A stretch of DNA of 64,000 nt from Malacoraja senta (Eukaryota). Numbering within the stretch: the first letter of the stretch is position 1; each line of letters starts with the position of its first letter. Shown piece after piece: positions 39,416-51,564 of the stretch. The notes under the pieces are model-generated. The model searched no databases. It saw only the letters and a program-made list of their open reading frames with translations, and was not told the origin of the DNA. Location of the stretch: NCBI GenBank assembly GCA_038087875.1, contig JAXLNO010000051.1, positions 248,001-312,000 on the forward strand, given 5' to 3'. The translations under genes and the position numbers were made by a program.

Positions 39416-42400
39416 GAATTCCAACTCGAAATTGAACTCGAACTCTATCACGAACTCGAATTCTATCTCGAACTCGAAATATCACGAACTCTCAATCGAA
39501 CGCGAACTCGATCTCGGACGAACTGGATTTCGAACTCGAATTCGAACTCGAGCTCTATCTCGAAGTCGAACTCGAACTCGAACTCGATCTACAACTCGAT
39601 CTCGAACTCGTACTGGAACTCGAACTCGAACTATATCTCGGCCTCGAAATATATCTCGAACTCGAACTCTATCTCTAACTCGAACTCGAATTTGATCTCG
39701 AACTCGAGTTGGAGTTCGAGTTACGGGCGGAGCACCAAGGCAAATTCCTTGTATGTGAATACTTGGCCAATAAACTTATTCATTCATTCATTCATTCATT
39801 CATTCATTCATTTAACTCGTACTCGAGCTCGAACTTGCACTCGTACTCGAACTTCTATCTCGAACTCTATCTCGAACTATCTCTAACGCGAACTCGATCT
39901 CGAACTCGAATTCTATCTTAAACTCGAACTCTATCCTCGAACTCGAAATCTAATTCGAACTCGAACTCAAATTCGATCTCGAACTCGAGTTGGAGTTCGA
40001 GTTACGGGCGGAGCACCAAGGCAAATTCCTTGTATGTGAATACTTGGCCAATAAACGTATTCATCAATTCATTCAATCATTCATTTAACTCGAACTCGAG
40101 CTCGAACTTGAACTCGAACTCGAACTCGAACTCTATCTCGAACTCCAACTCCAACTTGAACTTGAACTCTAACTCGAACTCTATCACGAACTCTATCTCG
40201 AAATCGAACTCTATCTCTATCTCGAACTCGAACTCGAAATCGTATCTTATATCGAACTCGATCTCAAACTCGAGTTCGAGTTCGACTGGCGGGCGGAGCA
40301 CCAAGGCAAATTCCTTGTATGTGAATACATGGCCAATAAACGTATTCATTCATTCATGCATTCAGTCAATTCGAACTCTCTCTCGAACTCAAACTCGAAC
40401 TCTATCTCGAACTCGATCTCGATCTCGAAATCGAACTTGAACTCTAATTCAATCTTGAACTCTAACTCCGACTCCGAATTCGAACTCTATATCGAACTCT
40501 CTCTAAAACTCGAACTTACTCTGTCTCGAACTATCTCGAACTCTCTCTCGAACTCGAACTATCTCGATCTATCTCGAACGAGAACTCGATCTCAAACTCG
40601 ATCTCGAACTGGAACTCGAACTATCTTGAACTCGAACTTTATCTCGAACTCGAAATTTATCTCGAACTCGAACTCGAAATCGATCTCGAACTCGTTGGAT
40701 TCGACACGTGCGGATCACCATGGCAAACCTCCTTGTATGTGAATACTTTGCCAATGAACTTGTTCATTCATTCAACTCGAACTCGAGCTCGAACTTGAAA
40801 TCGAACTCGAACTATATCTCGAACTCGAACTCGAATTCCTACTCGAACTGTATCTCGAACTCTCTCTTCTAACTAAAACTCGAACTCGAACTCGTACTCT
40901 ATCTCGAACACGAACACTTATCTCAAACTCGAACTATCTCGAACTCTCCCTCGAACTCGAACTCTGTCTCGAACTCTATCTCGAACTATCTCGAACGCGG
41001 ACTCGATCTTGAACTATCTCCAGCTAAAACTCGAATTCAAACGCGAACTCTCGACCTCGAGCTCTATCTCAAACTCGAAATCTATCTCGACTCGAGCTCG
41101 AATTCGATCTCGAACTCGTTGGATTTCGACTTACGGCGAAACACGAAGGCAAATTCCTGTATGTGAATATTTGGCCAATATACTTATTCATTCATTCATT
41201 CATTCATTCATTCATTCATTCATTCATTCATTCATTCAACTCGAATGCGAGCTCGAACTCGAACTCGAACTCGAACTCGAACTCGATCTCGAACTCGAAC
41301 TCTATCTCGAACTCGATTTCGGGTGTGACTTTCGGCCGGAGCACCAAGGCAAAAATCTTGTATGTGAATACTTGGACATTAAACTTATACATTCTTTCAT
41401 TCATTCAACTCGAGCTCGAACTTGAAATCTCGAACTAACTCACCTCGAACTCTATCTCAAACTCTCTCTCGAACTCTAACTATATCTCGAACTCGAACTC
41501 ATACTCTATCGGAACTATCTCGAGCTAAAATTCGAATTCGAACGATCTCAATCTCGAACTCGAACTCAATCTCGGAATCAAACTCTAACTCGAAATCGAA
41601 CTCCAACTACAAATCGAACGAACTCGAACTCTATCTCGAACTCGAACTCTATCTCGAACTCGAACTCTATCTCGAACTCGAACTCTATCTCGAACTCTAT
41701 CTCGAACGTGAATTCGAACTCATACTCTATCTCGAATACCAAGGCAAATTCCTTGCATGCGAATACGTAGCAAGTAAACGTATTCATTATTCATTCATTC
41801 AACTCTAACTCGAGCTCGAACCTGAACGCGAACTCGATCTCTATCTCGAACTCGAACTCTATCGAACTTTATCTCGAACTCTATCGAACTTTATCGCGAA
41901 CTCTATCGAAATTTATCTCGAACTCGAACTATCTCGAACTCGAAGTCTATCTCGAACTCGAACTATCTCGAACTCTCTCTAGAACTCGAACTCGATCTCG
42001 GTTTCTATCTCGATCTCGAACTCGAATTCGAACTCTAACACTATCTAGAACTCTCTCCCAAACTCGAACGTACTCGATCTCGAATTCGTAGTCGAACTCG
42101 AACACGAACTAGATCTCGAACTCGAACTTTATCTCGAACTCGAACCATTTCGAACTCGAACTCAATCTTGAACTGGAACTCGAACTCCAACTCGAACTCA
42201 ATCTCGAACTCGAAGTAGATCTCGAACTCTCACTCGAACTCGAACTCTATCTCGAACTCGAACTCTATGTCCAACTCCAACTCGAACTCGAACTTGAACT
42301 CGAAATCTAACACGACCTCTATCAAGGAACTCTATCTCGAACTCGAACACTATCTATCTCGAACTCGAACTCTATCTCGAACTCGAACTCGAACTCGAGT

Positions 42401-43058
42401 TGCAGTTCAATTTACGGGCGGAGCACCAAGGCAAATTCCTTGTATGTGAATACTTGGCCAATAAACGTATTCATTCATCCATTCATACGTTCATTCGTTC
42501 ATTTAACTCGAACTCGAGCTCAACTTGAACTCGAATTCGAACTCGAACTCTATCTCGAACTCGAACTCGCACGAACTCGTACTGCATCTCGAACTCGATC
42601 TCGAACTCGAGTTCGAGCTCGACTAATGGGCGGAGCACCAAGGCAAATTCCTTTTATGTGAATACATGCCCAATAAATGTATTCATTCATTCATTCATTC
42701 ATTCATTCATTCATGCATTCAGTCAACTCGAACTCGAACTCGCTCTCGAACTCAAACTCGAACTCTATCTCGATCTCGAACTCGAATTCGAACTTGAACT
42801 CGAACTCTATCTTGAATAACTATCTCTCGAACTCGAACTCTTATCTCGAACTATCTCGAACTCTCTCTCGAACTCGAACTCTATCTCGAACTCTATCTCG
42901 ATCTCGAACTCGAACTTTATCTTGATCTCGACCTCGAACTATCTTGAACTCGAACTATCTCTAGCTAAAACTCGAATTCGAACGAACTATCTCGACCTCG
43001 ACCTTTATCTCGAACTCGAAATCTATCGCGAACTCGAACTTTATCTCGAATTCTATCT

Positions 43059-46000
43059 GTAGGGTGTAAAATGAGGGTAGAAGCAATAGGTAGCAAGGAG
43101 AAAAGTAAAAGTGGCAGGCAGACAAATCCAGGGCAAAAATCAAAAAGGGCCACTTTTCAACATAATTGTATAAGGGGTAAGAGTGTTGTAAAAACAAGCC
43201 TGAAGGCTTTGTCTTAATGCAAGGAGCATTCGTAATAAGGTGGATGAGTTGATTGTGCAGATAGCTATTAATGATTATGATGTAGTTGGGATCACGGAGA
43301 CATGGCTACAGGGTGGCCAAGGCTGGGAGATGAAGATCCAGGGATATTCAATATTCAGGATAGACAGAAAGGAAAAGGAGGTGGGGTAGCGTTGCTGGTT
43401 AGAGAGGAGATTAACGCAATAGAAAGGAAGGACATTAGCTTGGAGGGTGTGGAATCGATATGGGTAGAGCTGCGAAACACTAAGGGCAGAAAACGCTAGT
43501 GGGAGTTGTGTACAGGCAACCTAACAGTAGTAGTGGAGTTGGGGATGGCATCAAACAGGAAATTAGAAATGCGTGCAACAAAGGTAAACAGTTATAATGG
43601 GAGACTTCAATCTACATATAGATTGGGTGAATCAAATTGGCAGGGGTGCTGAGGAAGACGATTTCTTGGAATCTATGCGGGATAGGTTTCTAAACCAACA
43701 TGTAGAGGAACCAACGAGAGAGCAGGCTATTCTAGACTGGGTATTGAGTAATGACGAAGGGTTAGGTAGCAGTCTTGTTGTGCGTGGCCCCTTGGGCAAG
43801 AGTGACCATAATATTGTTGAGTTCTTCATTAGGATGGAGAGTGACATAGTTAATTCAGAAACAAGGGTTCTGAACTTAAATAAAGGTAACCTTGAGGGTA
43901 TGAGACGTGAATTGGCCAAGATAGACTGGCAATTGATTCTTAAAGGGTTGACGGTGGATATGCAATGGAAGGCATTTAAAGGCTGCATGGATGAACTACA
44001 ACAATTGTTCATCCCAGTTTGGAAAATGAATAATTCAGGGAAGGTAGTGCATCCATGGATAACAAGGGAAATCAGGGATTGTATCAAAACAAAAGATGAA
44101 GCATACAAATTAGCCAGAAAAAGCAGCCTACCAGAGGACTGGGAGAAATTTAGAGTCCAGCAGAGGAGGACAAAGGGCTTAATTAGGAAAGGTAAAATAG
44201 ATTTTGAAAGAAAACTGGCAGGGAACATAAAAACTGACTGCAAAAGTTTTTATAGATATGTGAAGAGAAAAAGATTAGTTAAAACAAATGTAGGTCCCTT
44301 GCAGTCAGCAACAGGCGAATTGATCATGGGGAACAAGGGCATGGCAGACCAATTGAATAACTACTTTGGTTCTGTCTTCACTAAGGAAGATATAAATAAT
44401 CTGCCGGAAATAGCAGGGGACCGGGGGTCAAATGAGATGGAGGAACTGAGTGAAATCCAGGTTAGCCGGGAAGTGGTGTTAGGTAAATTGAATGGATTAA
44501 AGGCCGATATATCCCCAGGGCCAGATAGGCTGCATCCCAGAGTACTTAAGGAAGTAGCCACAGAAATAGTGGATGCATTAGTGATAATTTTTCAAAACTC
44601 TTTAGATTCTGGAGTAGTTCCTGAGGATTGGAGGGTAGCTAATGTAACCCCACTTTAAAAAAAGGGATGGAGAGAGAAAACGGGGAATTACAGACCAGTT
44701 AGTCTAACATCGGTAGTGGGGAAACTGCTAGAGTCAGTTATTAAAGATGGGATAGCAGCACATTTGGAAAGTGGTGAAATCATTGGACAAAGTCAGCGTG
44801 GATTTATGAAAGGGAAATCATGTCTGACGAATCTTATAGAATTTTTCGAGGATGTAACTAGTAGAGTGGATAAGGGAGAACCAGTGGATGTGTTATATCT
44901 GGACTTTCAGAAGGCTTTCGACAAGGTCCCACATAAGAGATTAGTATACAAACTTAAAGCAAACTGTATTGGGTGTTCAGTATTGATATGGATAGAGAAC
45001 TGGCTGGCAGAAAGGAAGCAAAGAGTAGGAGTAAACGGGTCCTTTTCAGAATGGCAGTCAGTGACTAGTGGTGTACCGCAAGGCTCAGTGCTGGGACCCC
45101 AGCTATTTACAATATATATTAATGATTTGGACGAGGGAATTCAATGCAACATCTCCAAGTTTGCGGATGACACGAAGCTGGGGGGGGGGCAGTGTTAGCT
45201 GTGAGGAGGATGTTAGGAGGCTGCAAGGTGACTTGGATAGGCTGGGTGAGTGGGCAAATGCATGGCAGATGCAGTATAATGTGGATAAATGTGAGGTTAT
45301 CCACTTTGGTGGCAAAAACAGGATGGTAGACTATTATCTGAATGGTGGTCGATTAGGAAAAGGGGAGATGCAACGAGACCTGGGTGACATGATACACCAG
45401 TCATTGAAAGTAGGTATGCAGGTGCAGCAGGCAGTGAAGAAATCGAATGGTATGTTAGCATTCATAGCAAAAGGATTTGAGTATAGGAGCAGGGAGGTTC
45501 TACTGCAGCTGTACAGGGTCTTGGTGAGACCACACCTGGAGTATTGCTTACAGTTTTGGCCTCCTAATCTGAGGAAAGACATTGTTGCCATAGAGGGAGT
45601 ACAGAGAAGGTTCATCAGACTGATTCCTGGGATGTCAGGACTTTCATATGAAGAAAGACTGGATAGACTTGGCTTGTACTCACTAGAATTTAGAAAATTG
45701 AGGGGGGATCTTAGAGAAACTTACAAAATTCTTAACGGGTTGGACAGGCTAGATGCAGGAAGATTGTTCCCGATGTTGGGGAAGTCCAGAACAAGGGGTC
45801 ACAGTTTATGGATAAGGGGGAACTCTTTTAGGACCGAGATGAGAAAACATTTTTCACACAGAGAGTGGTGAATCTGTGGAATTCTCTGCCACAGAAGGTA
45901 GTTGAGGCCAGTTCATTGCCTATATTTAAGAGAGAATTAGATGTAGCCCTTGTTGGTAAAGGTATCAGGGGGTATGGAGAGAAGGCTGGTACAGGATACT

Positions 46001-46100
46001 GAGTTGGATGATCAGCCATGATCATATTGAATGGTGGTGCAGGCTCGAAGGGCCGAATGGCCTACTCCTGCACCTATTTTCTATGTTTGTATGTCTATGT
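43059..46100 (+). mobile_element. CR1 (HER1-like) LINE covering nearly all of ORF2 (APE + RT), disrupted
   Basis: [66 protein letters not shown]; several frameshifts/stops; (TTTCTATG)n tail; TTCTATCT on both flanks (43051-43058, 46101-46108). Confidence 0.95.
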
Positions 46101-47268
46101 TTCTATCTCGAACTATCTCGAACGCGAACTCGATCTCGAATTAGAACTCGAAATCTATCTCGAACTCGAACTCGAATTTGATCTCGAACTCGAGTTGGAG
46201 TTCGAGTTACGGGCGCTGCACCAAGGCAAATTCCTTGCGAGTACTTGACAAATAAACGTATTCATTCATTCATTCATTCATTCATTCATTCATTCATTCA
46301 TTCATTCATTCATTCACTTAAGTCGAATTCGAGTTCGAACTTGAACTTGAACTCCAACTCCAACTCCAACTTGAACTCGAATTCTAACTCGAACTCTATC
46401 ATGCACTTGAACTCGCACTCGAACTCGTACTCTATCTCGAACCCGGGCGAAACACCAAGGCAAATTCCTTGTATGTGAATACATGGTCAATAAACTTAAT
46501 CATCCATTCATTAATGCATTCCTTCAACTCGAACTCTCTCTCGAACTCAAACTCGAACTCTATCTCGAACTCGATCTCGATCTCGACCTCGAATTCGCAC
46601 TCGAACTCGTACTCTATCTCGAACACGATCTCGAACTCGAGTTCGAGTTCGAATACGACTTGCGGGCGGAGCACCATGGGAAATTCATTTTTGAGGCAGC
46701 GACTCCGGTAAATCCCTTCAATGGTGGGGAGGTCAGAGCCGGTGATGGACTGGGTAGTTGTCGAACCAGGCCATGGTGCAACCAGACAATATGTTCTCCA
46801 CTTTACACCTGTAGAAGTTCAAGAGAATCTTCTTTGACATACCGAATCTCCGTAATCTTCTCAGGAAGTAGAGCCGTTGATATGCTTTATTTATAATTGC
46901 ATCAGTGTGCTGGGTCCAGGAAAGATCTTCGGAATTATGCAAGCCGAGGAATTTGAAAATGTTAAACGGGATTGTGGAACCTCATTCTTCCTCTTCCAAA
47001 GTCCACAATCAGTTCATTGGTGTTACTGATATTGAGAGCCAGGTTATTGTGCTGGGACCATTTGGTCAATCGGTCGATCTCACTTCTTTCACACTCATCA
47101 CCATTTGTAATTCGTCGAACAATGGTGGTTGTCGGTGAACTTGAAGATGGAGTTCGCAATGTGTCCGGCTACACAGTCATGAGTATGGAATGAGTGGAGC
47201 AGGGGGCTGAGCACGCAGCCTTGATGTGCTCCCGTATTGATTGTCAATGAGGATGGCGTATTTCTACC

Positions 47269-48953
47269 TTCTTCTTGCAAGTGAAGGATAAACCTTTGAA
47301 GCAACAAAACCCACACCGAGGTAAGTGGGTGTTTGTTGGAAATCCAAGCGCCTGTTGTTAACGAAGACAGCTAGCTGTCGCTTAGCTTCATTGTTGTGTA
47401 AATGGAATGCTTTAGACGCCACTGTCGTAGGTATACTGCAAAAGTCCCCATGTCTTGACTCAAGGAGCTTTCGATTCTCTGCCACACTTTGTATCTCATC
47501 AGGATGGCTAGATCGTCAGCATACCCATATTTTCCAGCGACGGTCTCTGGGAGGTAATGGATGTACACGGTGAAAAGCAGCGGAGCCAAGACAGATCCTT
47601 GTGGGACGCCATTCGTCAGTCTACTTAGCCTACTCTGCCGTCCATCACAGGTCTTAAGCACAGAGCTGCGGTTAAATATCAGCCTCATGATGTAGAGTAC
47701 CATGCGCCTGTCTGGCAGCACCCGAAGTAGCTTTGTAGTTAGTCCCCGGTGCTACATGGTGTCATAGGCAGCTGTCAGATCCGTAAGAACAACCCCTGCC
47801 TTCTCATTTGCCTCAAAGCAGTCCTCGATGTCTTGGGTGAGGAGGGTTACCTGGTCTGCAGTGGACCTACCTTGGCGGAAACCAGCCTGCTCGTGGGGTA
47901 GTTGAGGGTCTATAATGGTCACTGTGTCACTGGGCATTTGTCGGGTTTGGATGTAGCTCTGCCGGTCAGGCGGTTGACTGTGTGCCATGCTTTACCGCTA
48001 GAGTTGGTGAAATTGATCGGTTCAACCGTCTCAATCCAGCGTTCTTGTCGTTTCTCATCCAAGCGTGTGAGCAATGTAGTCGAAGTGGTTTCAGAATCCT
48101 CTTTCGTGCCAGCAGCAGTATGATCTTCGTATAGCTGTTGACACTCATCATTCCAACATGGGATGTAATCCCTCTGGTAGCCACGGGGGGTGGTTTTCTT
48201 GCCTGAACTGATAAGCATGTTGCAGTAGGCTTGGTAGGAAGAGTCCAGGTTGGTATTGTCTGCGGGAGGAAGGCCCGAGGAGGCTGCGTTTGTAAGTTGT
48301 TGGAACTTGTCCCAGTCGGCCTTGCAGAAGTTCCACCGCTCGATGTTGGAGCAACCAGTGGTGTTGTGGTGATGAGTGGTGGTCGGTGCTGTGACCCTGG
48401 GAACTTCTCCAGAACCCGGCGCGTTGGTAGCTGATGGTTCTTTGTGTTACTGGCAAAGGGTAGGTCTGGGTTTGTACCATTGTCCCAGCGGGCTGAATGG
48501 AAGCTGTTTGGCTCCTTTGGATCATACAGATGCGTGAGGTCATTGGCAGATGCCCAATCTATGAGGCTGTTTCCATCACTATTCCATCTTGAGTAGCCCC
48601 GTTCAGTGTGGTGGAAGTTGACATCACCTGAGTATACACAGGGTGGGGTGAACACTGGTATGCATGTTGTAGCCAGACGCACTGGGGGTGGCTTGTACAC
48701 ATTGATGATGGTGACGTCCTGAACCTTCACTGCAAGCCATTCCAGATCTGAGTCTTCTGCAGACTGCCCTTCTATAGCCCAATCCGTGTCATCTCTGATG
48801 AAAGTGGCCAGACCATATATACTACTTGGTGTGAAAGTAGCTAGTGTGAATTCAGGAATTGTGTATTTCTCCACGGTTTCGCAGTGTGTCTCCTGCAGGA
48901 GTATGACATTCGCTTAGTTGGTGTATGCTAGCTGCTCAATAATTGATATCTTA
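47269..48953 (-). mobile_element. Vingi/Ingi-like (I-group) LINE, 5'-truncated and internally deleted, with 11-bp TSD
   Basis: APE motifs INVYKPP, YSGDVN, SFHSARW, PDL, FPGSQHRP; RT motifs [51 protein letters not shown] tail; GTATTTCTACC at 47258-47268 and 48954-48964. Confidence 0.75.
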
Positions 48954-49057
48954 GTATTTCTACCAATTCAAACAGACTGGTCTGTGGATGAGGAAGTCGA
49001 GGATCCAATTGCAGAGGGATGCGCACAGACCAAGTTCCATGAGTTTGGTAACCAGCT

Positions 49058-49257
49058 TAGTTTTAATCAAAAAAATAATTATGTAATGGCTCGCAGAAGG
49101 CCGGATTGGCCAGGCCTAGGAGCAACACAACCAGGACAACTTTCGTGCCGCCCACTCGCTAGTTCCCGTAACCGCTCCTCCCACTTTGGGCCCTAGGTGA
49201 AGTGGCGGTGCTCCTTGTCCTCTGGACCCTGGCTACAAATGACGCTCTACTGGTCCC
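49058..49257 (-). mobile_element. Short (~200 bp) Tx1-related non-autonomous insert
   Basis: Contains an LLLGLA-coding patch shared with the neighbouring Tx1 piece and a similar TTTTTGATTAAA end; flanked by TTGGTAACCAG at 49045-49055 and 49258-49268. Confidence 0.55.
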
Positions 49258-49272
49258 TTGGTAACCAGTTTT

Positions 49273-49767
49273 AAAAAATTTAATCAAAAATATTTATTCA
49301 AATAATAAAACAATATATACAGTACAGTAAAAAACAAAACAGAAACCACCACCATAATACACGACGAACAAATATACAAAATAAACTACTATACAACTAT
49401 GTTACAATCCTTGTCACTGATGCATTCAAACACCCCGCGGTGCTCAGCAGTCCCGGAAATCCCCCAGGATGTCAGTGGAAAGCACGTAGTCCCTCGCTAA
49501 CCATCCGGGCGCGGATGTAGCCCCCGGAAAAGGGGCAAGCAGCCGGCTCGGGCAGAGCCCTCTTCCGCCTGGCGTCGTGACTAGCGGATGGCCAGCATGG
49601 CCAGGCCCAGGAGCAACCCAAGTATGACATCTTCAGCACTACCCTCTCCCTACGCACAGGGTGTCCAAGGATGAGGATGGTGGGTGAGAAATGTAGTCAG
49701 AAGGCAAGTAGCAGCCCCTTTAGATAATAGAACAGGGGCTGCAACCTCACACCATATACACGTGGCA
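49273..49767 (-). mobile_element. Tx1-clade LINE 3' fragment
   Basis: Minus strand encodes a frameshifted ..LLLGLA.LAI..SRRQAEEGSARAGCLPLF.GYIRAR.. C-terminus, then AATAAA and an A-rich tail; CTTGGTAACCAGTTTT at 49257-49272 and 49768-49783. Confidence 0.7.
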
Positions 49768-49990
49768 CTTGGTAACCAGTTTTGAGGGGAAGCTGGGTGT
49801 TAAGTATAGAGCTGCTGTCTATGAGGAACAGCCTGACGTATGTTTTAGTTATACTCCAAGTGGTCCAGTGCAGGATGGAGGGCCAGCGTGATCACATTCT
49901 CCGTTGATCTTTTGTTGGTATCGGCAAATTATATTGCGTTCAGGTTGTTATAGAGGTAGGAGTTGGTGTGTGCCGGATTTACTGGACACT

Positions 49991-50758
49991 ATGAATAAAC
50001 GAATTGATGAGGTGAAAGATGGACTATCAGAGAAAATGGATAAGATGGATGTAATTACTACGGATAAGTTCACGGCTGTACTTGAAACAGTAGCTGCAAG
50101 TATGCAGACAATCACGGAATTGGAGAAAAATACGGCACGACTTGTTGAAGACATGGCGAAACTGAGGCAAGAACATGAGCAAATGAGGCGAGAAAACGAA
50201 CAAGCATCACTACAAATGGGGACTCAATTAGAGAAAGTCTCATTCAAATGCCTGGACCTGGAAGCTCGTTCTAGACGCCAGAATCTGAGGATTCTTGGTG
50301 TTTCAGAGGGGGCAGAAGGGGAACAGGTACGTGAATTTGCCATGGGCTTGTTGAAACAACTGTTGAATCTTCCCAAGGAACCGAAAATCGAAGTGGCTCA
50401 TCGTGTCCCAAGATTTGGAAAAAGATTTGATGCGGGAAAAGCTTATCCACGACATATTATAGTGAAATTTCGAGATACTGCAGAACTGGAATATGTTATG
50501 ACCCATATCAAATATGGTGTACAATTACGGCTGGACAAAGACACTATTAAGATATTCAGGGACTACCCACATGAAATTGTGCAAAAAAGAAACAAATTTG
50601 ATAAGGTTAAAGATCTTTTAAGAGGGAGAGAAGGGGTCAGATTCGGGGTTTTTTATCCCGCTAAAATGCGTATTTCTTTTAATGGTCTTGAAAAGTCATT
50701 TGTTAAGCCTGAAGACGCTTTCAAATATGCCCAAACGATTGTTGAAAGACAGAAATAA
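49991..50758 (+). CDS. L1 ORF1 protein (coiled coil, RRM, CTD), probably N-terminally truncated
   Basis: DLEARSRRQNLRILGVSEGAE, IEVAHRV, PRHIIVKF, IFRDYP, FYPAKMRI; the first ~22 aa of track ORF 49904..50758 read through antisense Rex1, first in-element ATG at 49991. Confidence 0.85.
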   Translation: MNKRIDEVKDGLSEKMDKMDVITTDKFTAVLETVAASMQTITELEKNTARLVEDMAKLRQEHEQMRRENEQASLQMGTQLEKVSFKCLDLEARSRRQNLRILGVSEGAEGEQVREFAMGLLKQLLNLPKEPKIEVAHRVPRFGKRFDAGKAYPRHIIVKFRDTAELEYVMTHIKYGVQLRLDKDTIKIFRDYPHEIVQKRNKFDKVKDLLRGREGVRFGVFYPAKMRISFNGLEKSFVKPEDAFKYAQTIVERQK

Positions 50759-51564
50759 AAGGGAGCTTTGGCAGATCCGAATAATTTTCAGCTATGTTTT
50801 GTCTGGGGATAGTTACACTGTTATCTCCGGAATGTTGAAGCAAGGACATTTTCTGTTCAAAACGTGTAAACAACTTTATAACGGGATATGAATTAGAAAA
50901 TAATTGCTTATTGATTAAAATGTTATAACCAATTGTAAGAACTTATCATATTAACAACTTTAAAAGTTATGCAGGTTAGATTAGAATACTAACAAAAAAA
51001 AAACAAAAAATAATGAACTAACATACTAATATGAATTTTTAATAAATTGTAACCTTGTCTATAAGCAGGAGGAGGGGATGAGAACCGAGCTCCTGGCTTA
51101 TGTCCAGGAGCACGTCTCGTTAACCCCTTCAACCAACAGCTGATTCTTATTGAAATCAAAAATATTGGTTTAATAATTAAACTCTGATATATATATATGT
51201 TATAAGGAAATATCAGGGTAAAATTGTATTATATATATGAATGTGAGGCCTCGTTTTAATATTTTAATATGTTATGATTAACTAAGAGAGCGGAGCGAGT
51301 TGAGCAACAACGCAATGGAAGTCAAAATAAGGTTTTTTCCCACCTACAGGTGGGTCACTTGCTACAGTGCCGACTATAGACACTGTAGCCTCACTCTTTT
51401 AGTTTTTTTTTTATTACATAAAATCACTTGTTTGTGTTTTGTGTTTAGTGATAAGAATAATATGGACATACCAACAAAAGTTAATAATTCAAAAACTCCC
51501 CCAATACCTAAAGACCTGGGATATGGACGCACCACAAGATTCAAAGGTACTATAATTATTCAAA

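Larger units (their letters stand above)
46688..49970 (-). mobile_element. Old Rex1/Babar fragment acting as host (pieces ~46688-47268, 48954-49057, 49768-49970)
   Basis: [28 protein letters not shown], and nucleotide similarity to the array copies on both sides of each insert. Confidence 0.85.

Noticed and set aside
49904..49990. N-terminal extension of L1 ORF1 in the ORF track
   Set aside because: Non-ATG start, and most of it reads through antisense Rex1 sequence upstream of the L1 junction
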